From Octopus bimaculoides (lineage: Eukaryota): 64,000 bases of DNA. Location: positions 115,514,074 through 115,578,073 of the forward strand of contig NC_068984.1 in assembly GCF_001194135.2 (NCBI RefSeq), read 5' to 3'. The notes beneath the pieces are model-generated. The model was given only the letters and a program-made list of their open reading frames with translations. It made no database searches and had not been told where the DNA came from. Positions 54,382 through 64,000 of this stretch are shown in pieces. How positions within the stretch are numbered: the first letter of the stretch is position 1; every line of letters starts with the position of its first letter. A program made the translations under genes and the position numbers.

Positions 54382-57300
54382 ACACGTCCTCGCGTTGTTT
54401 TTTTGTCGTTTTTCTTGTTTGAACTCGCTATATATGTGTGTGTGCGCGCGCGCTCTTGATATTCTGTCAGAGCAAGTTGTTTTACATCTATTACATTATT
54501 TTTCTTTTGTTTCTTGGCTCCGGTGAGGCGTCTCACGATGTGAATGTTCCGAGCCCTCTCCTCACCCCGTTCGCGAGCGCACATTTTTTTCTTCATATTT
54601 GTTCTCAGCAAGTTGTTTTTAGACTTTTTATTTTTGAGCCCAGGTCAAACGCTTTAGTTTGACCAAACGAATTAAATGTCTGCATTAATGCAAAATATTC
54701 TTCCAAGAATTTAAGCTACGTCCTCAGGTGAAAGAAAGTCTGTTAAATACTTAATTCTCAACGTAACGTTATAAAATGAGTGCATATATGACAAGCTTCG
54801 TCTACTTACAAGGTATTGGGACCGGGGCTATACGGAAGGCACCACGTAATGGAACTGAAAACCAAACCACATAGTTAGGGAGCGAACTTACAATCGCACA
54901 GCCATGCCTGTATTCCACAATAAATTACCAGATTCTTAACACTCACCCCTCTAGTTTTTAAAAGTTATTTTAGGAATGTTATGCTTTTAGTTCTAACAAA
55001 ATAATTTTAGATGCTAATACATGTACCTTTAGATGTTTTGGCTGAATATTTTTCTTTAAATATATTTAATTTTAATTATACGTATGGTTTTAATACAAAA
55101 TCTTTTAACATCGTAAATATTAATGAAGCGCTCGCATAAGATGCATTGAAATAATTCACTTGAGTTAATCGACGCTTGTGCAGGCGCGTGGCTTAGTGAT
55201 TATGGATGTTGGTCTCATGATCGTAAGATTGCAGTTTCGATTACTGGACTGGGTGACGCGTTGTGCTCTTGAACAGCCCACTAAGCTACCAAAAATTAGT
55301 AATCCTGCGACGGACATGCATCCCACCCAGGTGGAGAATATATGCGCCATGTAAACTGGCCCTATGAATTTATGACTCGGGAACGAACTTAACTTACCAC
55401 TAATCGACAATTTAAGGTATTCAGATGAAACAATGTTTTGTAAAACGTACTGTCAATAACTACATGTGGAAAATAGGAAGGTGATCCAAAACTGGCGGAG
55501 GTATAAAGAATCTGCACACCACCCGTTTTCGGCGTAACCATACCCCTGAACACCGGGTGTGCGTATTTTTTACCTTCGCCCCGAAACTTACTCAATAAAA
55601 AAAGTGTAACCCTGATTTTTGTTTCTTCATAACTTTCATAAAAATTGATATTTTTCAAGGAAATACTCTACAAATAACTTTCAGATGGTGGAGATTCTAA
55701 TCATTTTTTTGGTGGAGATGGAGTATATGTAATCTGGGTATACCCCCACTTTTAAATTTTGTTTTTTTTTACGGAATCCTATGTTTCAGACCATGGAGAA
55801 TCCGATTCTGGAAATTTTTTTTCAAAAATCTCAATTTCAAAATTTCGACCCCCTCGGTTTTTATATAGATCCACAGGGTAAACCTAACCCTAACCCTGAC
55901 CCTGANNNNNNNNNNACATGTGGAAAATAGGAAGGTGATCCAAAACTGGCGGAGGTATAAAGAATCTGCACACCACCCGTTTTCGGCGTAACCATACCCC
56001 TGAACACCGGGTGTGCGTATTTTTTACCTTCGCCCCGAAACTTACTCAATAAAAAAAGTGTAACCCTGATTTTTGTTTCTTCATAACTTTCATAAAAATT
56101 GATATTTTTCAAGGAAATACTCTACAAATAACTTTCAGATGGTGGAGATTCTAATCATTTTTTTAATCCTTTTACTCAAGAGGAATTTCGGCTAATTCAT
56201 ACAAGTCGACTTTGTTTTCTCAATAACTTCCAGAAAATTGATATTTTTAATCTCATTTTCATCAGATACCTTTCAGATGGTGTAGATTACGATTATCGGA
56301 ATTTAATATGAAAAACAAAATTGTGAGTGCACCCCTATGTAGTGACATATCGATAAAATGATTTTGGCAATATGCGAGTGTCGGTATGTGTGCGCGCCCA
56401 ATATTATTTCCACATTAAATTCCGATATACTTGTAATGTAAATCATCTAAAAGGATTTTATTTTAAACATTGGCTTAAAATATTTTTTTAAATATTAAAT
56501 TTTGGGGTCAGAATATTAGGTTAATGGGCGATCTTTCGGTACTAGATCCCATAACTTCAGGTCGTTGTGCGCACGCATATTGATTACATTATCGAAGAGT
56601 TTTAAACCACGTGTGTTTATTTACTTTTCCGAATAACATCGGCGATTTCCGTAAAAAAAATAATTCTTTTACATGGTGTAAAAGCGAGAGAGCGCGATTG
56701 GTTCAAGAAAGATCTTTTGAAGTTAGTGTGTGTGTTAGACAGAAAGTGGTGTGTATGTGAAGTTCTTTTGTTAGTGTGGAGATTGTAATGTTGCTTGTGT
56801 GTATGTGTGTGAGAGAAAAAGAGAGGTTATGTATGTACGTATGAATGGCTACAGTGACACACGCACACAGGTTGTTATGCGTGTGAATGGCTTCAGTGTC
56901 ACCCACAGATACTTACGTTCACCTATTGCATACATTTTTTTTGTACGTGTGCATGTGTGTAAGGGAGAGAGAGAGAAGGTATGTTTTTTTTGTTTTTGCT
57001 AGTTTGCATGTATGTAACGGTCTGCTATGTAGAAAACGATAAGGTTGACTCAATGGAATAATAATGACAGTAGTCGAAGTTATAGACAAACATTTTTTTA
57101 TTTAACAATTTCATTTGCCTTCTCGACTGCTACTGTGCAAGCCTTAATTTTTTACTTGTCCTGTTCTCATCATTCTGACATCATGCAAGGGACTGATAGA
57201 ATAAAGTCTGTTGATGCGAGATGGTGAAACAGTAAGAGAAAGTCAGGAGAGTTATAAAGTAAGAAAGAGATATCCTTCTCACGAAAAAAAGAGTTGCATG

Positions 57301-57530
57301 CAAAAGAAAAAAAAATTTAAGAGTCTACAGTTGTGCACAGAAACTGGGTGCAAGCATGCATGTGTAAATATTGTGCTGTGCAGCAAAAGGAATGGACAGT
57401 ACAAAATGAGTAACGAAAAGTGACAAAACCTGGTTGGTAAATAGTGTCCTGTGAAAGGTCTATGCTGAAAAGTGAGAAAAGTCTTTTCTTGGTTGGATAG
57501 CTGTTCTAAATGTTGCATTTACGTATGGCA

Positions 57531-57655
57531 GGGACAGGGATAGGGATAGGGATAGGGATAGGGTTAGGGATAGTGATAGGGTTAGGGTTAGGATCGACCA
57601 CTCAAGACTAGCTAGCGCGACTGCGCGTTCGGGTCCGCGCTGCTTTAGTAGTACC
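57531..57655. mobile_element. Right half of the GGTAC-TIR MITE with a telomere-like (TAGGGA/TTAGGG)n tract
   Basis: 57593-57655 matches the arms of the 60673-60855 element and ends in TTTAGTAGTACC; 57531-57592 is a G-tract array. Confidence 0.8.
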
Positions 57656-57811
57656 AAAGATCTGAAAGGCGCATGGAGAAAAGAAAGAAATGCAAATGAC
57701 TAAGATACAAAAAAAAATTATAATAATAAAGTGATACAGATTCCCATGAATTTGAGGTTAAATTAAACAACAGAACACATTTTATGAACTTCATAAAACA
57801 TATTTTTGAAA

Positions 57812-58329
57812 TTATACAGGATAATACTGTCCAATACATTTTATGAAGCTCATAAAAGTATTACTGGTGTTGTAACGTCGCCAACAACATTCAACATCTT
57901 CAAGTTGCACAAGGTGGTGAAAGCACCACTTAGCACAAACATCGCGGAAGTAATTGTACCAGTTGACAATTGCTTCTGGTCCAATTCCAACTTCCTTCAT
58001 CACAACATTCTTTTTACACCCCATTTCGGCCCAGTAATACAAGCCAATGGGAGATGGGAATTCGCGAAAAACGAGTCTCGCCTAATGCTACGAGTTCGTC
58101 CGCAAACAGTACACCCCCACAATTTCCCATCAGATACTATACTGCGCGTTTTAAGGTACATCCGCTCATTACAGCATTCCGACGAATTGTGGATCAATCC
58201 CACAGATGCCAGGAATTGGTTTGTTGAATCCGCATTACTCGTTATGGCAATAATGTCTCGCAGGAGATATCTTTGAGTTAGGTCGTCAACCGAAAGGACA
58301 GGTTCAACAATCCTATATCTTCCAGCCAT
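57812..58329 (-). pseudogene. Merlin / IS1595 (ISXO2-like) transposase, frameshifted and truncated
   Basis: SECCNERMYLKTRSIVSDGKLWGCTVCGRTRSIRRDSFFANSHLPL (zinc ribbon plus SIR..SFF..S.L), a frameshift near 58043, then YYWAEMG...EVGIGPEAIVNWYNYFRDVC (HTH). It decays where the V-E-I-D-E-S catalytic motif is expected. Confidence 0.85.
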
Positions 58330-59864
58330 AGTGGGATCTAATCTAAGAGTATACGATGTGTCTTAGGAATTGTGAGACAATGTACAGGAGAGTCTGTTAC
58401 CAAATATGTGTGTTTGTGTGTGTGTCCAAAATTCTGTCTGTGTTTGTGTGTACAAAATGAAAATAAAATTAAAGATTTCTTTCAAACTTCTCTGCGGTGA
58501 AAAATGAAGGGAGAGACACAGATCGTGACTTCCAAACTTCTCTGCAACCAAGGGATTCCTGATTTGTACCAACAAGAATGGAATTACGGGCCTGTATTTA
58601 TTTTGTCGGGAGGCTCAAAATTGTGTGGGCGTTGGACTGTCTCACGTGAGTCATTCGCAAGTGCCGATTGGTTGAATTGCATATTGGCGCGCAATAGAAT
58701 TTGAGACGATGCGCGCCAATATCAACAAGTCGAGAAGGCAAATATAACGGTTAAATAAAAAAAAAATTGTCTATAACTTCGACCACTTTCATTTTCTACA
58801 TAGCAGACCTTTAAATAAACATACATGCAAACAACAAGCAAAAACAAAAAAAAAACATACCTTCTCTCTCTCTCCCATGCAAACAAGCAAAAACAAAAAA
58901 GCATACCTTCTCTCTCTCCCATGCAAACAAGCAAAAACAAAATAAAACATACCTTCTCTCTCTCTCCCCCTCTCCTTCCCTTACACATGCACATGTATAC
59001 GTACAAAAAAATGTATGCAATAGGTGTACGTATGTGTGTGTCACTGAATCCATTCACACACACACACACATACATAACATGCGTGCGTGTGTGTGTGTCA
59101 CTGTAGCCATTCATACATACATAACCCCTCTCTCTCTCACTAACAAAATAACTTCACCACACTTTCTGTCTCGCATACTCACTATAAAAAGGAAAGAAAA
59201 ATAATTTCAGTTATCTCTCTCTCTCCCTCCCTTTCTCTCTCATATACACACACCAGCAACACTACACACACACACACACATGCCAACTTCATAAAAAATC
59301 GCGCTCTCTCTCTATCTCTTTCGCTTTTACGACGTCGTTTCCCTCCAACACTTTTTACGGAAAAGGCCGATGTGATGTAAATAAACACACGTGGTTTAAT
59401 ATTTCTTTATTACCCACAAGGGGCCAACATAGAGGGGACAATACAGCCTGATTTGGGGTGGTTTAAATGACAGCTTTGGAACTGGTAACGTAAGATCGCC
59501 CCCACACAACCCAAAATTATATAGACCGGTGGATCAATATACTGTTTAAGACCCCGGTCACGAAAACAAAAACTGGTGGATCAATATACGGGTCACTGAC
59601 CGATCGGTTATCCTTCACTTCAAAACATCAAGATATTGGCGACCAGCTAGATATTCAGTTCAAGATATATTTTTTTCTTTTATCTTGCCTTCAGTCCCAG
59701 CAGACTATATCAGTGCCAGACCGGCGACAGAGCCTTCCGAACACGCATCGGACTGATCGAATACATTGAAAGTATCAATAAAATGATAATTTCAGTCGTT
59801 GAAAATGTAAAAAAAAAAAAAAGACTATTTTTAATTGCAGAAAATATAGGAATAAAAGAATCTC

Positions 59865-60664
59865 GGGTGGACATTGGAATTAGACACTGAGGGAAAATGG
59901 CTGTAACTTTTTTATTTTTTTATTTTGGCGATTTTCGTTTTCGATAATGTGTTCTATATGTCACGGTCATGCGATTCCCCCTTTAAACAAGTTTGGACCA
60001 CCCCCATACACGGGGGGTTGATTTATTTTTGGCGATTTTCATTTTTGACATTGTGTTCTACATGTTCAGATCGTACGAATAGCCTTCTCGCAACTTAGAT
60101 GTGAAAATGAACGGCTTACATTAATATTGAAACAGAAAAAGGATCATATGTGGAGTCCCCACCACGAAACTTGATATGCTAGAAATAACAGCTAAACGCG
60201 GACAATCCAAATCTTGCATTGGTCCAGATGGACTATATGTAAATAAATATGAAGGAAAAAATGCGCTTTGGCAAACGGGGTTAGGGTAAACCTAACCCTA
60301 ACCCTGACCCTAACCCTAACCAGATTTGACTTATTTCTAGCATGTAAATAGCCTGCTTGGTGAGGGGGGGAANNNNNNNNNNNNNNNNNNNNNNNNNNNN
60401 NNNNNNNNNNNNNNNNNNNNNNNNNNNNNNNNNNNNNNNNNNNNNNNNNNNNNNNNNNNNNNNNNNNNNNNNNNNNNNNNNNNNNNNNNNNNNNNNNNNN
60501 NNNNNNNNNNNNNNNNNNNNNNNNNNNNNNNNNNCCAACATTTTTTTTAGGGGGAATCGCATGACCGTGACATATAGAACACATTATCGAAAACGAAAAT
60601 CGCCAAAATAAAAAAATAAAAAAGTTACAGCCATTTTCCCTCAGTGTCTAATTCCAATGTCCAT
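59865..60664. mobile_element. Non-autonomous TIR element Y (~800 bp, ~118-bp near-identical TIRs, GG terminus, 8-bp TSD)
   Basis: 59865-59982 is the reverse complement of 60549-60664. It is flanked by AGAATCTC (59857-59864) and CGAATCTC (60665-60672). Confidence 0.8.
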
Positions 60665-60672
60665 CGAATCTC

Positions 60673-60855
60673 GGTACTACTAAAGCAGCGCGGACCCGAA
60701 CGCGCAGTCGCGCGTCCGCGCTAGCTAGTCTTGAGTGGTCGATCCTAACCCTATCCCTAACCCGCGTGTGCAAATGAATGTGTTTAGGGTTAGGGTTAGG
60801 ATCGACCACTCACGACTAGCTAGCACGTTCGGGTCCGCGCTGCTTTAGTAGTACC
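60673..60855. mobile_element. 183-bp fold-back MITE, Merlin-like (GGTAC termini, 8-bp TSD), with internal telomere-like repeats
   Basis: GGTACTACTAAAGCAGCGCGGACCCGAACG...CGTTCGGGTCCGCGCTGCTTTAGTAGTACC; flanks CGAATCTC and AGAATCTC; the inner arm ends are CCTAACCCTATCCCTAACCC and GGGTTAGGGTTAGG. Confidence 0.88.
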
Positions 60856-63774
60856 AGAATCTCTTAGCTTTCTCTTCTAGGAACAGGTGGTCGCTGAAGA
60901 AATGCCATGTAAAATTTAATGTGATGTCCTTTGATCATCGTCGACAACGACAGACGAACTACTTTCTCGACAAAAATTCCCACTTCATCAAGGAACGAAA
61001 TATTTTGAAATAGTGTTTTTCAGACGCAGAAAACGTTCTGTCAGAGAGGTGATATTGCAAAAGATTTTATCAAAGTGGATGTGTGGAAAATATAATTGGA
61101 ATTTTGAAAGTATCAATAAAATAATTTCAGTCGTTAAAAATGTAAAAAAAAAAAAAGACTATTTTCAATTGCAGAAAATGTAAGAACAAAAGAATCTCTT
61201 TCTTGGTCGCAGCACATTTTCTAACTAAAACAGTATATTTCTATTTGTCTTGTATAGGCGCTGAAGAAGTGCCATATAAAATTTAATTTGATGGGAACTA
61301 TGTCAAAACAAACACTGGTAAAATTAGGCAGGTCTTAAATTCTTGTTTTTCTGTAAATTCATTTACTTTTTAAACCGTGTGGTTCACAGAATGGCAANNN
61401 NNNNNNNAAAGGAATACTAACGTAAAGGAAAATTTTAAAAAATCATTCAAATGGTGGCAGCTATTGCTTTAGCACGACTAAAGTGGGTGGGACTGGTATA
61501 TCTGAACATGGGTTGTTAAAAAAAAAAAGGCAACAAAATGTGGGAAAATTCTGAAAAAAAAAAAAATCCCATTTTATTCGTAACAGCTAATCCGAAAGTT
61601 CCTCCCCACCCCCACCCATCCATCCACTCACCAAAAAAACATTCGAAGAAAGTTGAAAATGAAAAATGGGATGATGTGTAGAAACGGGTATTATTTGAAA
61701 ACCGTGCTTAAATTGGTCCTTAATTCAAGGCAAAATCGACCTCGGTGGAATTTGAACTCAGAAGTAGATGGACGAAATGCCGCCAAGCACTTTGTTCAGC
61801 TCACCACCTTAATGATAGTAATAATAGCAATAATATTTTGGCATGGATACAAAGCAATGATTTTCTGGAGGGTAGGGAATAATTGGATATTCTTTCGATA
61901 TTAGTAGAGTAATTAAATTTCAGATAGAGCACCTCAGTTCTAATAATTAAAGATGTCTTTCGTGTACATACAATTTGTTTAATTCAAAACGGCAACACAA
62001 AACAAATCAGCATATCTTTATAAGTGTCTCCCCCCCCCCCACTGACTTTGTTTCCTCCTAACTTCCACAAAAATGAATATCTTTTAATGACATTTTCTAC
62101 GAATACGTTTATGATGGTGTAGGTTCCGATTATATAGAAATTTATTGTGAAAATTTCTTCTGGCGATGGGGAGAGGATTTTCAGAAAATTCACACGAGTC
62201 GGCCTTGTTTCTTCATATCTTTCAGAAAATTGGCTATTTCTCAATAAAATTTTCTACAAATACCTTTCAGCGTGTATAGATTACGATTATATCGGANNNN
62301 NNNNNNNNNNNNNNNNNNNNNNNNNNNNNNNNNNNNNNNNNNNNNNNNNNNNNNNNNNNNNNNNNNNNNNNNNNNNNNNNNNNNNNNNNNNNNNNNNNNN
62401 NNNNNNNNNNNNNNNNNNNNNNNNNNNNNNNNNNNNNNNNNNNNNNNNNNNNNNNNNNNNNNNNNNNNNNNNNNNNNNNNNNNNNNNNNNNNNNNNNNNN
62501 NNNNNNNNNNNNNNNNNNNNNNNNNNNNNNNNNNNNNNNNNNNNNNNNNNNNNNNNNNNNNNNNNNNNNNNNNNNNNNNNNNNNNNNNNNNNNNNNNNNN
62601 NNNNNNNNNNNNNNNNNNNNNNNNNNNNNNNNNNNNNNNNNNNNNNNNNNNNNNNNNNNNNNNNNNNNNNNNNNNNNNNNNNNNNNNNNNNNNNNNNNNN
62701 NNNNNNNNNNNNNNNNNNNNNNNNNNNNNNNNNNNNNNNNNNNNNNNNNNNNNNNNNNNNNNNNNNNNNNNNNNNNNNNNNNNNNNNNNNNNNNNNNNNN
62801 NNNNNNNNNNNNNNNNNNNNNNNNNNNNNNNNNNNNNNNNNNNNNNNNNNNNNNNNNNNNNNNNNNNNNNNNNNNNNNNNNNNNNNNNNNNNNNNNNNNN
62901 NNNNNNNNNNNNNNNNNNNNNNNNNNNNNNNNNNNNTTTTTTTTTTTTTTTTTTCTAAATATTTCCTCAACTTTGACCCGATTGTAATTGAGGGTGCTAA
63001 TAAAATATCTGGATTCCTTTCTGTGTTGGATTCCAAGTCAATTTTTTTCCCATACTAGACATAGAGATCTGGAGAATAATCATAAAAACATAACTTACCA
63101 ATTGAGCAGCCAAAATGAATAAAAAATCTTTCCGCTTATCAAAGATTAAAATAAAAGGTGACTGGTCAGACAACACCCGGGGAAATAAAATCCGACAACT
63201 TTCTTTAGTGTATGTTATCACTTTTCAATATTGGTCTTAAACCTTTATTTCCCTTTTTTTCTGTAATCCCACATGCGTTGTTCGTACCGTTTTGTGAACC
63301 TTTTATGGCTAATAAAGCATTGTTATTATTTCAAGTGAAATAATTATAATTCTCTCTCTCTTTTTCTCTCTTTGCACACGTCCTTAAAGGCATACACGCG
63401 CGCACACACATACATACATACACACACACACAAGAAAAATCTACAAATATAAAATTCCCCGCCTTCCCATGTTACGCTGTATCCAATGATGAAAGCAACA
63501 TCCTTGTCTCTGTTTCTCCCCTTGCCCCCACGTCTCTCTCTCTCTAATCTACCCCTTCAGTCCTTACTCGCAAACGTATCTGTGTATCTACTTTACGTTT
63601 GCTGCGACGCGTCACAAAAAGAAAAAAAGCGCAACAATAAAATATGACCATTTATAAAATAACAATGAACACCCAGAAACATCTAAAGCAAACTCATGTC
63701 ATCACTCTTTAAAAACATCTTTGTTGTTGATGTTTAGCCTGTAGCCAACTTTCAATTGAGCATGTATATATATA

Positions 63775-64000
63775 GTTTTACTTGTTTCAGTGATTGGTCT
63801 GCGGCCATGCTGAAGCACCGCTTTGAAGGGTTTTAGTCAGACTTATATTTTAAAGCTAGGTTCTTATTGAAGGGTTTTAGTCAGTACTTATATTTTAAAG
63901 CTAGGATCTTATTGTAGCGGTTCGTTTGTCGAAACGCTAAGTTACAGGGTCATAAATTAACAGCGGTTGTCAAGCAGTAGTGGAAGACACATACATTATA
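63775..64000 (-). mobile_element. SINE family A, 3' part, running off the window edge
   Basis: Reverse complement of the family A tail (cttgtttcagtgattggtctgcggccatgctgaagcacc). Confidence 0.7.

Larger units (their letters stand above)
56527..59500 (-). mobile_element. Long-inverted-repeat element enclosing a Merlin-type transposase remnant
   Basis: Arm 56527-57128 aligns in reverse complement with 58728-59500 (e.g. aaaccacgtgtgtttatttac / gtaaataaacacacgtggttt, and gtcgaagttatagacaa / ttgtctataacttcgac). The termini read GGCGATCTT...AAGATCGCC. No TSD was identified. Confidence 0.62.

Noticed and set aside
55462-56164. Apparently identical ~250-bp direct repeat (55462-55710 and 55916-56164) giving twin ORFs MKNINFYESY...
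   Set aside because: The second copy starts exactly at a 10-N gap, so it is likely an assembly artefact; the ORFs have no protein-like features.
57531-60800. TTAGGG tracts as a true telomere or fusion scar
   Set aside because: The tracts are short, impure and embedded in TIR elements with TSDs.

Overview
Repeat-rich, gapped eukaryotic genomic DNA, most likely an octopus. That assignment is inferred from recognisable SINE-like families, microsatellite density and the gene content; it is not proven. Two host genes can be modelled, both on the minus strand. (1) The first coding exon of an RB-family pocket-protein gene (p107/p130-like) at 2699-2568, with a canonical E2F site upstream; the gene continues off the left edge. 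(2) A complete 7-coding-exon gene (49725 to 21312, about 775 aa) with consistent intron phases, encoding a poly-Asn-rich protein with a divergent SOX/CIC/HBP1-type HMG box. Its introns hold SINEs, mariner, Tigger/pogo and an R4/Dong-type LINE inserted in a (TAA)n tract. The most unusual region is 54-62 kb. It holds a decayed Merlin (IS1595/IS1016-like) transposase between ~600-770 bp inverted arms. It also holds two GG-ended TIR elements stacked at one 8-bp target (AGAATCTC x3), with an empty paralogous site nearby. Several of these TIR elements carry telomere-like (TTAGGG/CCCTAA) tracts inside. A hammerhead-ribozyme-like motif lies at 54.3 kb. No rRNA, tRNA gene or CRISPR array was seen.
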